DNA of 64,000 nt from positions 46,271-110,270 of IMG/VR virus record IMGVR_UViG_3300021087_000857; one strand, 5' to 3'. The position numbers and the translations under genes were made by a program. The notes under the pieces are model-generated. The model was not told where the DNA came from. It made no database searches and saw only the letters and a program-made list of their open reading frames with translations. Origin of the DNA: a virus. Every line of letters starts with the position of its first letter. Positions within the stretch are counted from its first letter, which is position 1. Positions 1-9,396 of this stretch are shown here, one piece after another.

Positions 1-159
1 CATGCTAATCAATATTGTAAAACAATACAACGAAGTAGAAATACTGGAGCGTTTATTGTTCACATCAAAAAGAACAAAAGCAAAAAGAAAGAAGATACTA
101 AAGCAGAAAAGCCTAAAGTGGATTTATCTCCGTTGCTAAAAAAGTTCAATAGTCGTTGA
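1..159 (+). CDS. 3' end of a hypothetical protein (truncated by window edge)
   Basis: Frame 1 is open from base 1 to TGA at 157-159 (HANQYCKT...KKFNSR*). Confidence 0.55.
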   Translation, partial: HANQYCKTIQRSRNTGAFIVHIKKNKSKKKEDTKAEKPKVDLSPLLKKFNSR

Positions 160-195
160 CAAAACACATTATTATCATATAATATTATATAAATA
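156..195 (+). promoter_or_regulatory. sigma70-type promoter with overlapping T4-type late promoter
   Basis: TTGACA 156-161, 16-nt spacer, TATAAT 178-183. TATAAATA at 188-195. Confidence 0.65.
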
Positions 196-219
196 TTAAT
201 TATAGACGGAGTAGTATTT

Positions 220-384
220 GTGATAAATGTTGACGCAATTAAAGAAAAGATTTACGGCAAAACTAAGATAGAGTTAGAAAGAGATAAACGATATGAATCT
301 AGGTGGGTTTGGTATCATACATTTCTTGCCGCAGAAATACTTGTTACTAATATTTTGTTAGTAATTATTATATTTAAACTATAA
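220..384 (+). CDS. small membrane protein (54 aa, not in ORF track)
   Basis: GGAG RBS, GTG start, MINVDAIKEK...WVWYHTFLAAEILVTNILLVIIIFKL*, with a C-terminal hydrophobic helix. Confidence 0.6.
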   Translation: MINVDAIKEKIYGKTKIELERDKRYESRWVWYHTFLAAEILVTNILLVIIIFKL

Positions 385-402
385 AAAGAGGAACCATATA
401 GA

Positions 403-1056
403 ATGCAAGTGAAACTAATATCACATAGTACAGCGCCTGCTGACACAGGGCTAGATAACTTACAAGAACTAATTGCCTTTTGTGCCAAAGTAAGTAACCC
501 TAACAATCAAATCAACAAAGAAACCAGTGAGAAACTAATTAGATATTTAATTAAGCATCAACACTGGAGCCCACTTGAGATGGTAAGTGCATGTTTAGAA
601 ATTGAAACAACTCGCGACATTGCACATCAAATAGTAAGACATAGAAGTTTTGCTTTTCAAGAGTTTAGTCAACGTTATGCTAACCCAGAAGAAATGGGCG
701 AGCAGTTTGTAACACGCGAATGTCGTTTACAAGATACAAAGAACAGGCAAAACAGTATTGATACTGATAATGATTATCTAAAAGAGCGTTGGGAAGATGA
801 ACAACTAAAAGTTATTATGCAGGCCGAAAAAGCATACAATTGGGCTATTAGTAATGGTATTGCTAAAGAACAAGCCCGTGTAGTATTGCCAGAAGGTAAC
901 ACTAAAACAAGATTATATATGAATGGCACAATTCGTAGTTGGGTACATTACATTGAATTACGTGGTGCAAATGGCACACAAAAAGAACATATGGAAATTG
1001 CACATGCTTGTGCTAAAGTAATTGCTGAAATATTTCCATTAGCAAAAGAACTTTGA
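403..1056 (+). CDS. thyX: flavin-dependent thymidylate synthase
   Basis: HWSPLE, QIVRHRSFAFQEFSQRY (RHR-x7-SxR motif), AKEQAR, QKEH. Confidence 0.95.
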   Translation: MQVKLISHSTAPADTGLDNLQELIAFCAKVSNPNNQINKETSEKLIRYLIKHQHWSPLEMVSACLEIETTRDIAHQIVRHRSFAFQEFSQRYANPEEMGEQFVTRECRLQDTKNRQNSIDTDNDYLKERWEDEQLKVIMQAEKAYNWAISNGIAKEQARVVLPEGNTKTRLYMNGTIRSWVHYIELRGANGTQKEHMEIAHACAKVIAEIFPLAKEL

Positions 1057-1772
1057 TGAGAATAAACAAAAAAATAACAGATGATTTAGCAAACTTGATA
1101 CAAGAGCGTTACGGTATTGATGTTAAAGATTATCAATCTTTTTTACAATTACAATATGATATAGACGAAGCAGTTTTGGCTCGTTACTTTGGAGATACTA
1201 AAGAATCTGCAGATGCAAAAAAATACTGGAAACAACATCTAAAGTTTGAAACTCGTAAAACAGGCAGACAACTACTAGATAAGATTAATGCTTTGCAAGA
1301 ACAAAGTAAAGATCCATTTGAAATACTAGATGTTGGTTGTGGAGATAACGGATGGAAAGAGCATTTTGGTGAACAACTACTAGGAATTGATCCATTTAAT
1401 AAAAATGCTGATGTTCAATTAGGTATAGAACAATTTGCAAAAGAACGCCCATTTGTATCATGGGATATTGTATTAGTACTAGGCAGTATTAATTTTGGTG
1501 ATCAAGCAACAATTGAAGCTCAACTAGTATCTGCTGCCGGTCTAGTAAAACCGGGCGGTAAATTGTTCTTACGTGCTAATCCAGGTATCACACATATAAA
1601 TGAGTATGCAAAATGGGTTGATTTCTTTGATTGGACAGAGGAATATATAAAAGATGTTGCTAAACGACTTGGATTTACAGTAAACGAAATAGATTGGGAC
1701 CACCCACAAAGCGAGTTGGATGTTCCAAATGGCAATAGATATTACAGCGAATGGACTAAACATAGTGTTTAA
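1053..1772 (+). CDS. class I SAM-dependent methyltransferase
   Basis: ILDVGCG motif I, GIDP, LVKPGG. Confidence 0.8.
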   Translation: MMRINKKITDDLANLIQERYGIDVKDYQSFLQLQYDIDEAVLARYFGDTKESADAKKYWKQHLKFETRKTGRQLLDKINALQEQSKDPFEILDVGCGDNGWKEHFGEQLLGIDPFNKNADVQLGIEQFAKERPFVSWDIVLVLGSINFGDQATIEAQLVSAAGLVKPGGKLFLRANPGITHINEYAKWVDFFDWTEEYIKDVAKRLGFTVNEIDWDHPQSELDVPNGNRYYSEWTKHSV

Positions 1773-1800
1773 CTAGTGTTTAATAGATTACAAATCGTGG

Positions 1801-1862
1801 TAAATACATATAGTTTCCTATAGAGTTAATCTTAGGATTCTACTTTAAAAGGAAACTATATG
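1801..1862 (+). promoter_or_regulatory. late-type promoter core plus RBS/ATG-sequestering hairpin
   Basis: TAAATA at 1801-1806. CATATAGTTTCCT (1807-1819) is the exact reverse complement of AGGAAACTATATG (1850-1862). Confidence 0.7.
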
Positions 1863-3122
1863 AAAAAGTCTAACCTCATCACGTTCTTCAAGAAACCATT
1901 AGTAAGAACAATATCAATAATCACAGTAGCATTCGTACTCAGCGTAGTAACAAATTCATATTATAGAGAAATACAAGAAAAGATACATGATGGCATTGGC
2001 TATGTGTATGATAAAAATGAAACTGTTGGGCAAGCAATATATGATGTAAATTCATTTCTATTTAATGGAGATGGATTTGATCAAGAGCGTAGAGCAAAAG
2101 AAACAATTTACGGAAACTTTGGTAAAGTAGTTGTACTAAGTGTATTTGCTCCAGATAATCCAGAACTTAATGGAATGTCAGGACGTGGCACTGGTTTTAT
2201 AATTGATGTTGACGATACTTCAGCAACAATTGTTACAAATCATCACGTAGTAGACTCATATATTAAACAACCAAGCATATTTAAAGTAAATGTACAAACT
2301 GCTATGCAAATGTGGTCTTATGAAGCAGAAGTTATTGGTCACGACATAGTAACTGATATAGCAGTTATTAAAATTTACAAGAAAGAAAATGAAGATTGGG
2401 AAGCTATAGAATGGGGCACCAAAGACGACTATAACACAGGAACACCTGTTGTTGTAATTGGACACGGTATGAGCATGTCTTGGACAAGTACACAAGGACA
2501 TGTTGTATACAGAGATAGATTTGGTATGCGTCCATATAACTTAATGTTACAAGTTGATGCAGTTATTAACCAAGGTAACAGTGGCGGTCCTATATTTAAT
2601 GACCGTGGACAAGTTATTGGTGTTGCTCAAAGTATTTACAGTCCGGGTAGATCAATTCCAGGTTGGGACGGTGTAGGAATGGCAGTAAGTGTGGAACAAG
2701 TAAAAAGAAGTGTTGACTTTATTCTAAGTCCACAATACCATGCTAAGGGTTATGTACCATATGCAGAGTTTCCATTTAGTCTTGGATCTTTCTTATTTGA
2801 AGAAATAAAGCATATACCAGACGAAGATAGACATTATGCTTATTTTGATTATACAAAGAAGAAACCAGATGCAGAACCTAATGTAGGTGAATTAGCAGGA
2901 CTCAAACAAGGCGATGTTCTAATAGAATTAAATGGTGAAAAGGTTGTTAACAGTTTTTCAGTATTACGTGAAACACTAAAAGCATTTCCAGGAGATGTTT
3001 GGTATGTTACTGTATTAAGAGGTGAAGAAGAATTAACAATAGAAGTAGCACTAAGTGAAATGGATATACAATCACTTAGAGATATCATTACTCAACGAGA
3101 AAAGAATCGTAGCGGCAAATAA
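1860..3122 (+). CDS. HtrA/DegP-family serine protease with PDZ domain and N-terminal membrane anchor
   Basis: GTGFII, TNHHVV (His), DIAVIK (Asp), INQGNSGGP (Ser), C-terminal AGLKQGDVL PDZ. Confidence 0.92.
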   Translation: MKKSNLITFFKKPLVRTISIITVAFVLSVVTNSYYREIQEKIHDGIGYVYDKNETVGQAIYDVNSFLFNGDGFDQERRAKETIYGNFGKVVVLSVFAPDNPELNGMSGRGTGFIIDVDDTSATIVTNHHVVDSYIKQPSIFKVNVQTAMQMWSYEAEVIGHDIVTDIAVIKIYKKENEDWEAIEWGTKDDYNTGTPVVVIGHGMSMSWTSTQGHVVYRDRFGMRPYNLMLQVDAVINQGNSGGPIFNDRGQVIGVAQSIYSPGRSIPGWDGVGMAVSVEQVKRSVDFILSPQYHAKGYVPYAEFPFSLGSFLFEEIKHIPDEDRHYAYFDYTKKKPDAEPNVGELAGLKQGDVLIELNGEKVVNSFSVLRETLKAFPGDVWYVTVLRGEEELTIEVALSEMDIQSLRDIITQREKNRSGK

Positions 3123-3134
3123 CCTTTAAACAAG

Positions 3135-3163
3135 TTGACAACATAGTCAACATATCTTATAAT
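3135..3163 (+). promoter_or_regulatory. sigma70-type promoter with TTGAC-N6-GTCAA inverted repeat
   Basis: TTGACA-17-TATAAT. GTCAA at 3146-3150. Confidence 0.75.
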
Positions 3164-3186
3164 AATATAAACAATAAGGAGTAATT

Positions 3187-3540
3187 ATGAATTGTTTAGC
3201 ACTATCATTAGCAGTAACAATGCACCTTGGACTAGCAGGTGATTATAACTCATTACATCCACATGCAAGATGCGATGTTGATAATACAGTAGCCGGAATT
3301 TATTATAATAGTGAAGAAAACATAAGTGGTTACGTTGGATATCAATTTCAAATGCCACATGATATAGAGATTGAACTAGGTTGGGTTACAGGATATAATA
3401 TGGATAACAAGTATAATATATCCCCTATGTTTAGAATAGTCAAAGATAATTGGTTTATTACACCAGCATATGAGTCAGGACCTGATGAAAAATGGGGTGT
3501 AGCCATTGGTTTTGAAATACCTATTTACAAAAATAATTAA
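3187..3540 (+). CDS. secreted or outer-membrane beta-rich protein
   Basis: Signal-like N-terminus; alternating aromatic beta-strands (AGIYYNS, ELGWVTGY, VAIGFEI); AGGAG RBS. Confidence 0.55.
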   Translation: MNCLALSLAVTMHLGLAGDYNSLHPHARCDVDNTVAGIYYNSEENISGYVGYQFQMPHDIEIELGWVTGYNMDNKYNISPMFRIVKDNWFITPAYESGPDEKWGVAIGFEIPIYKNN

Positions 3541-3548
3541 ATTAAGTT

Positions 3549-3629
3549 AAAAACCCTTGTAAAATAAGGGTTTTTTTATGGCTTTTTTACCTATAAAAGG
3601 TTGACAGGTAAGACGTCTTACTGTATACT
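3549..3629 (+). promoter_or_regulatory. terminator + early promoter cassette (copy A)
   Basis: AAAACCCTT-loop-AAGGGTTTT hairpin with T-tract, then AAAGGTTGACA-17-TATACT. The spacer holds the palindrome GTAAGACGTCTTAC. Confidence 0.8.
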
Positions 3630-3661
3630 GTAAGTATAGTTAATAAAAAAGGAGACGCAAA

Positions 3662-3865
3662 ATGAATACATTTTTAAACATATTAGGCGGAATTTTGTTA
3701 TTTGGTGGGCTTATGGCTATAGCTGGTTCAGGTAACGATTGTGACGGTAAGTGTATGGAAACTGCAAATACCTTGGGTGAAATGCTAGTAGTAGCATTTT
3801 TTGGATTAATAGCAATGGGAGTAGGTGGTTACTTATTTGCCATAGCAAACGGAAAGGGTAATTAA
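3662..3865 (+). CDS. small two-TM membrane protein
   Basis: Two hydrophobic helices flanking CDGKC; AAGGAG RBS. Confidence 0.7.
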   Translation: MNTFLNILGGILLFGGLMAIAGSGNDCDGKCMETANTLGEMLVVAFFGLIAMGVGGYLFAIANGKGN

Positions 3866-3868
3866 ATA

Positions 3869-3897
3869 TTGACTATTATACAGAGTTGTATTATAAT
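3869..3897 (+). promoter_or_regulatory. sigma70-type promoter
   Basis: TTGACT-17-TATAAT. The spacer contains ATACA-N4-TGTAT. Confidence 0.65.
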
Positions 3898-3961
3898 AGT
3901 AATATAAGTTATGCCAAAGAAGAAACAAATTTTATCACCATTAGAAGAAGGAAGTGAAAAT

Positions 3962-5086
3962 ATGAAAACTGCGATAAGTGAATCAAGAACTGTAAAAATT
4001 AGTGAGGCAACTACCCTCATTACACGAGCTTTTAAAAAGAAGCGTCCTGTATTTTTATGGGGTCCTCCAGGAATTGGTAAATCAGAACTAGTTAAAGAAA
4101 TTGGCGACTCGGGTGCATTAGGTAAAACTCATGTAATTGATATGCGTCTTGCATTGTTTGAGCCTACTGATTTGCGAGGCTATCCTGTACCAAATGTTGA
4201 AACAGGTGTTATGCAATGGTTACCACCTGCAGATTTGCCAAGTAAAGAATTGGCTAAGAAGTATGATACAGTTATTGTATTCTTAGATGAAATGAACTCA
4301 GCGGCACCTAGTGTGCAGGCGGCGGGTTACCAGTTAATCCTTAACAGACGTATTGGACAATACGAACTGCCAGACAATGTTGTAATGATTGCTGCAGGTA
4401 ATAGGGAAACTGACAAAGGTGTTACTTACAGAATGCCTAAGCCACTTGAAAATCGTTTTGTTCACTTTGAACTTAGAGTTGATTTCCAAGATTGGTTGAA
4501 CTGGGCAGTAATGCACGAAGTTAATCCTGATGTAGTTGGTTACTTGTCATTTGCAAAAGGCGACTTATATAACTTTGATCCTCAATCAAGTTCAAGAGGA
4601 TTTGCTACGCCAAGAGCTTGGACATTTACTTCAGAACTACTTGAAGGTGAAGACGACTTGTCAGATAGTTTACAAACTGATATGGTAGCAGGTTGTGTTG
4701 GCGAAGGTATTGCAGTTAAGTTTATGGCACATAGAAAGATTGCAGGAGACCTTCCTGTTCCAGAAGATGTGCTAGATGCTAAAGTTAAAAAGATTGATAC
4801 TACTGAAGTATCGGCAATGTATGCATTGGCTACATCACTATGTTATGAACTACGTGATAGATTTATTACTGGTGAAAAAGCAGGTGCTGATAGCAAGCAG
4901 ATGGAAAAGTACCACAAGAGCTTTTCAAACTTTATCAGCTTTATGATGGATAACATGGAAACTGAAATGGTTGTTATGGCATCAAGAATTGCAATGCAAC
5001 AATACAAGTTGGTTCCTAAGCAAAAGAAAATTGAACGTTTTGAAGAATACTTTAACCGTTATGGACGTTTGGTACTTGACGCTTAA
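3962..5086 (+). CDS. MoxR/AAA_5-type AAA+ ATPase
   Basis: Walker A GPPGIGKS, Walker B VFLDE, AAGN, ENRF, TPRAW. Start placed at ATG 3962 after GAAGGA (track start 3911). Confidence 0.9.
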   Translation: MKTAISESRTVKISEATTLITRAFKKKRPVFLWGPPGIGKSELVKEIGDSGALGKTHVIDMRLALFEPTDLRGYPVPNVETGVMQWLPPADLPSKELAKKYDTVIVFLDEMNSAAPSVQAAGYQLILNRRIGQYELPDNVVMIAAGNRETDKGVTYRMPKPLENRFVHFELRVDFQDWLNWAVMHEVNPDVVGYLSFAKGDLYNFDPQSSSRGFATPRAWTFTSELLEGEDDLSDSLQTDMVAGCVGEGIAVKFMAHRKIAGDLPVPEDVLDAKVKKIDTTEVSAMYALATSLCYELRDRFITGEKAGADSKQMEKYHKSFSNFISFMMDNMETEMVVMASRIAMQQYKLVPKQKKIERFEEYFNRYGRLVLDA

Positions 5087-5106
5087 TTTAACAGTAGGAA
5101 AATAAA

Positions 5107-6279
5107 ATGAACAAAACAGCAGAAGAAAGAATTACCCAGTCCAGAGTTAGGTTGCTATTAACTAAACCTTTCTTTGGGCAACTAGCGGTAAGATTAAAAA
5201 TTGAAGATGCAAGTTCATATTTGCCTACTGCGGCAACAGATGGTAGAAGGTTTATGTTCAATAGAGAGTTTGTTGATTCTCTAAATGATGAGATGCTTGA
5301 CTTTTTAGTAGGACATGAAGTATTGCATTGTGTGTTTGATCACATGCAGGCACGTGGTGATCGTAAGCCTCAACTATTTAATGCGGCGGCTGACTATAAC
5401 ATTAACATGACGCTTGTAGAACAAAACATAGGTAAGCCAATTACTGAAGATAAACTAGAAGGCGGCAAGATTTGTTTGGACTGGAAATATCAAGGTTGGA
5501 ACAGTTATGAGATATATGATGACTTGCTAAAGACTCAGCAAGATGCTAAAGGCATGGATGTGCATATGGACGAAATACAACCCGGTGACGAAGATGGCGA
5601 AGGTGGTCAAGGTGTTGAAATGTCTGAAGAAGAAAAGAAAGCATTAGCAGACGAAATTAAGCAGGCTACTATCCAAGCGGCACAGGCGGCAGGTGAAGGT
5701 GTACCAGATGTAATTAAACGTATGATCAGTGAATTAGTTGCACCTAAAATGGATTGGAGAGACATACTAAGAACTCAATTAGAAAGTTCACTTAAAAATG
5801 ATTTTACTTTTATGCGTCCTAGTAAAAGAAGTGGTGAAGTTATTTTTCCAGGTATGAACAAAGACGAAGAACTTAATATTGCAATTGGACTTGATACTTC
5901 AGGTAGTATTAGTCAAGATATGTTACGTGATTTCCTTAGTGAAGTACAAGGCATTATGGATCAATATCAAAGTTACAATGTACATATCTTTCAATTTGAT
6001 ACAGATGTGTATGGTGCAGATGACTTTACTAGTGATGATGGTCGTACAATGGATGAATACCAACTTAAAGGTGGAGGTGGTACAGACTTTGATGTAGTGT
6101 TTAATTACTTAGAACAGTATAACATTGAACCCGATCAACTTGTTATGTTCACAGACGGCTATCCTTGGGGTAGTTGGGGTAATGCAGATTACTGTGATAC
6201 ACTTTTTGTTATTCACGGTGATAAGCAAAAAAGAATTCAATCACCATTTGGAGTTACAGTACATTATGAAGCAGCTTAA
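5107..6279 (+). CDS. metallopeptidase-like + VWA domain protein (DUF2201-type MoxR partner)
   Basis: TAATDG, HEVLH (HExxH), DTSGS MIDAS, GGGGTDF, FTDG. Confidence 0.88.
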   Translation: MNKTAEERITQSRVRLLLTKPFFGQLAVRLKIEDASSYLPTAATDGRRFMFNREFVDSLNDEMLDFLVGHEVLHCVFDHMQARGDRKPQLFNAAADYNINMTLVEQNIGKPITEDKLEGGKICLDWKYQGWNSYEIYDDLLKTQQDAKGMDVHMDEIQPGDEDGEGGQGVEMSEEEKKALADEIKQATIQAAQAAGEGVPDVIKRMISELVAPKMDWRDILRTQLESSLKNDFTFMRPSKRSGEVIFPGMNKDEELNIAIGLDTSGSISQDMLRDFLSEVQGIMDQYQSYNVHIFQFDTDVYGADDFTSDDGRTMDEYQLKGGGGTDFDVVFNYLEQYNIEPDQLVMFTDGYPWGSWGNADYCDTLFVIHGDKQKRIQSPFGVTVHYEAA

Positions 6280-7417
6280 ACTATTAGCAATACTACTTTG
6301 TATGGCACTTCCTGCTCATGCAAAAGTTAAATCTAACGATATTACTTTTCCAGGTAATTTTTATACAGATGATATAAAATCATGTGAAGCAGTACAACCT
6401 GTATCATTTACTAATAATAGAACTGTTAATATCATGGAAGGGTTAATTGGTTATGATTGGCATGCTGATCACTCAACAAATAGCAACTCACGTGATGTTC
6501 ATCATCGAAATATAACTGTACCAATGAATATGTTAATGGCGGCAACACATAAAGCACTTGGCAATAACATTCAGTCTGAAATAGAAAATGCTAAAAACTT
6601 GTTATTAGATTTAGCTAAAGCAGATACTTTGTACGATAGTATTGGCTATATTGAAGTAAAAAAGAAACCTGATTGCTATGCCGGTGGAGATGTAAATGCA
6701 CCTTGTTGGTATCATGAATATGAATTTGCAAGAAATGTATTTTCAAATTACATGATTACTGCATTGTGGCTAAAAAATGAATTAAACGAACAAGAATTTA
6801 AACTTGTAAACAAGTATATCAAAAAGATGTACAAAAAGTTTATAAAGCCAACAGAATTTAAAAGTCAAGAACAAGGTTTCTATGCTATGGCTAACGGTGG
6901 CACATCAGTATTAGTTTATGCATCTTGGACAGATAATAAGAAACTTGCCGCAAAAGAAATAAATTTTAGATTTAAAGAAATGAACAGGCTATTTTATGAA
7001 GATGGTTATATCAATAATAATTCATTTAGAGGATATAGAGCTCAATGGTATCATTCTTATGGGTTAGACATTGCACTTGGTTATGTTTATATTGCTGAGT
7101 TATGGGGTGCAGAAGTACCAACTAAATTACAAAACAAATTAGTTAAAGCATCTAAATTAGTTAATCTTGCAATAACTGATTGGGACAAGTTTAAAAGTAG
7201 AAAGTATATTGGTGAAAATCACAATGCACTTAATAATCCAGCAGATGCTATAAAACATACTCACCAATTTGCAATTGCAATAGATACACTAATGCTAGAA
7301 GTAACCAACGTAGAACTAGAGTACGATCCTAAATATCTTGGAAAAAGAAAGTATCAAATTACACAATCCTATGGAATAGATGAATTAATAGGATTTCCGT
7401 CAGGATGTATACAATGA
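6266..7417 (+). CDS. secreted alginate-lyase-like (alpha/alpha) protein
   Basis: Signal peptide MKQLKLLAILLCMALPAHA from ATG 6266. RGYRAQWYHSYGL resembles the R...Y-H-x-Y motif of the alginate lyase family. Confidence 0.5.
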   Translation: MKQLKLLAILLCMALPAHAKVKSNDITFPGNFYTDDIKSCEAVQPVSFTNNRTVNIMEGLIGYDWHADHSTNSNSRDVHHRNITVPMNMLMAATHKALGNNIQSEIENAKNLLLDLAKADTLYDSIGYIEVKKKPDCYAGGDVNAPCWYHEYEFARNVFSNYMITALWLKNELNEQEFKLVNKYIKKMYKKFIKPTEFKSQEQGFYAMANGGTSVLVYASWTDNKKLAAKEINFRFKEMNRLFYEDGYINNNSFRGYRAQWYHSYGLDIALGYVYIAELWGAEVPTKLQNKLVKASKLVNLAITDWDKFKSRKYIGENHNALNNPADAIKHTHQFAIAIDTLMLEVTNVELEYDPKYLGKRKYQITQSYGIDELIGFPSGCIQ

Positions 7418-7758
7418 CAGCACCGTTATATAAACTAGGACTAACACCTAAACTAGTAGACGAAGATACAATAGATATTAGCGAGTTTGATCCTAGGCAA
7501 AGAACAAATATTAGGTTATATGGATTGGAATGTAAAGATTGGACTCCATTAATGATTAGTGATTATAAAAGAAAATGGGCATCGACTAGTACACCAGTAG
7601 TAGTGTTTGACTATGATGGTGCTCTAAAGTGGTGCAAAAAACATTTATATCATCATACTTTTAATGTTATAAAGTGGTCAAATCCAGACGATAGCCATAC
7701 AGTACATTTTGAAAAAGAAGAAGATGCAATGCTATTTAAATTAGCGTTTAGTGGTTGA
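7405..7758 (+). CDS. hypothetical phage protein
   Basis: Coupled ORF; ends in FEKEEDAMLFKL, similar to the end of 37522..37773. Confidence 0.65.
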   Translation: MYTMTAPLYKLGLTPKLVDEDTIDISEFDPRQRTNIRLYGLECKDWTPLMISDYKRKWASTSTPVVVFDYDGALKWCKKHLYHHTFNVIKWSNPDDSHTVHFEKEEDAMLFKLAFSG

Positions 7759-7783
7759 CATAACCACTTTACTATCATATAAT
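7755..7783 (+). promoter_or_regulatory. sigma70-type promoter
   Basis: TTGACA-17-TATAAT. An AGTGGTT/AACCACT inverted repeat spans the -35. Confidence 0.7.
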
Positions 7784-7792
7784 AATACAATT

Positions 7793-8122
7793 ATGGGAAT
7801 GGTTAAAAAAGTGAAAGAATCAGAGAATAAAATAAAATTAGTTAATAATGGCGGAAGCCTAAGTGAAACAGACTTGCAATTAATTGCAGGTACAGAATTA
7901 GTTATAAACATGATGAGAAATAGATTATGTGTGGTAACTAATAACAATGACATAGCCTGGCAAGATCTAATGATAGATGTACAGGGCTTATATCATATTA
8001 GACCGTTAGATAAGTCTAAAAGAGTATATCAGCTATGGTTTGAATCCAAGCAAGATATAGAGCAATTTAATAAGAATCTTTATGTTAGTAAGTTAAGCAA
8101 TACCGCACACGAACCGGCATAA
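7793..8122 (+). CDS. hypothetical protein
   Basis: The start must lie after the promoter (ATG 7793 or 7799, or GTG 7811). Confidence 0.65.
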   Translation: MGMVKKVKESENKIKLVNNGGSLSETDLQLIAGTELVINMMRNRLCVVTNNNDIAWQDLMIDVQGLYHIRPLDKSKRVYQLWFESKQDIEQFNKNLYVSKLSNTAHEPA

Positions 8123-8125
8123 ATA
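8119..8125 (+). promoter_or_regulatory. late-type promoter motif ATAAATA
   Basis: At a gene boundary about 40 nt before the AAGGAG-ATG of 8166. Confidence 0.5.
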
Positions 8126-8165
8126 AACATAGTAGTTAATTATATTCTACAACAAGGAGAAAACA

Positions 8166-8438
8166 ATGGCAGAAGAAGAAACAAAAACAGTTGAAGTCGA
8201 AGCGCCTAAAGATGCAGGCGAAATGGTAGGACTAGCCCTACAAGATATCGTTCTTTCAGCTAACATTATTGACCTAGCAACACAACGTGGTGCTTTTAAG
8301 GCAGCAGAAGCAGGTCAAGTAGGTGCATGTTTTAACAAGTTAGTAGCTTTCATTAAAGCAAATACACCTAAACCAGAAGAAAAAGAAGAAGATAAAGCAC
8401 CAGCAGATGCAGATGCAGACTCTTCTGATAATTCCTAA
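8166..8438 (+). CDS. hypothetical protein with acidic termini
   Basis: Strong RBS; IIDLATQRGAFK core. Confidence 0.8.
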   Translation: MAEEETKTVEVEAPKDAGEMVGLALQDIVLSANIIDLATQRGAFKAAEAGQVGACFNKLVAFIKANTPKPEEKEEDKAPADADADSSDNS

Positions 8439-8453
8439 CAAGGAGAAATAATT

Positions 8454-9080
8454 ATGAGTATGAACATAAAACACGTGGGTAAGACTCACACAGGAAAAAA
8501 ATGTGTAGTGGTATTCAGAGAAGTACCAGAAGAGCCACATAACTGCTTAATCGTAGATACAGATGCACTTCCAGATTGGATGCATGATGATATCATGAAT
8601 GCAGTAGAATCACCAGGCGCTCAACAAAGCAATGACTTTTATGAGTATGCAGAACGAACAGTTCTAACAGATGGTACTAATATGCTACAAGCATTGCACA
8701 CCACAGGTAGACTACAAAAATTACCTACAGATCAAATCACACTGACTCCAAACAATGAAGTAGCAGTTGGATTAACTGAGATTAATAATATTGTACGTGA
8801 AAATACTGGTGATAAAACAGTAGTTGCTCCATCAACTGAACAGGTTGGTATGGCAGGAAAAGATACAGCACCTACTCCAGTAATGGAAAGTGCAAGTGCT
8901 CCTAGCAACAACGACGGTATTAGTGATACTGATTTAGCTAAACAATTCTTAGCACAAGCAAAAGGATACGAAACAGAAGCAAAGAGTTTAAAAGCTCAAG
9001 CATATGAATTAGCTCCTGGATTAAAGCCTGGGCCTAAGAAACCAGTTGCTAAAAAAGAATCTGAAGCAGTTTCAGAATAA
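8454..9080 (+). CDS. hypothetical phage protein
   Basis: Strong RBS, 208-aa ORF with typical codon use. Confidence 0.8.
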   Translation: MSMNIKHVGKTHTGKKCVVVFREVPEEPHNCLIVDTDALPDWMHDDIMNAVESPGAQQSNDFYEYAERTVLTDGTNMLQALHTTGRLQKLPTDQITLTPNNEVAVGLTEINNIVRENTGDKTVVAPSTEQVGMAGKDTAPTPVMESASAPSNNDGISDTDLAKQFLAQAKGYETEAKSLKAQAYELAPGLKPGPKKPVAKKESEAVSE

Positions 9081-9099
9081 TACTAATTAAGGGAATAAC

Positions 9100-9396
9100 A
9101 TGCCAATAGAACGAAAAGACAGGTCTTTCGATCTGATCTTTGACCAAGTATCTATGGATCATGTTCCAGCTGAATATATCAAGGAAGTTAGAGTAGATCT
9201 AGGTACAGGTGAAAGAATAACACTAACAAAAGAAGATTTGCAGATGATTAAAAACAAGTCTGCAGATGAAATTATTAAAGCATTAACAGTAGACTCAATG
9301 TCTAATATCAGTTTAAAGTTAGATTACACTGCTATTAAATCAGATGTTATGCGAGGTGTCTCGGGCTTTTTAGGAAAACACTTTGACGACAAGTAA
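9100..9396 (+). CDS. hypothetical protein
   Basis: RBS, in operon. Confidence 0.75.
   Translation: MPIERKDRSFDLIFDQVSMDHVPAEYIKEVRVDLGTGERITLTKEDLQMIKNKSADEIIKALTVDSMSNISLKLDYTAIKSDVMRGVSGFLGKHFDDK

Noticed and set aside
1763-1783. Tandem TAGTGTTTAA duplication at the methyltransferase stop
   Set aside because: Only two 10-nt copies in AT-rich DNA, most likely a slippage scar.
6125-6265. Track start of the 430-aa ORF at 6125
   Set aside because: It overlaps the VWA gene by about 150 nt; the signal peptide begins at ATG 6266.
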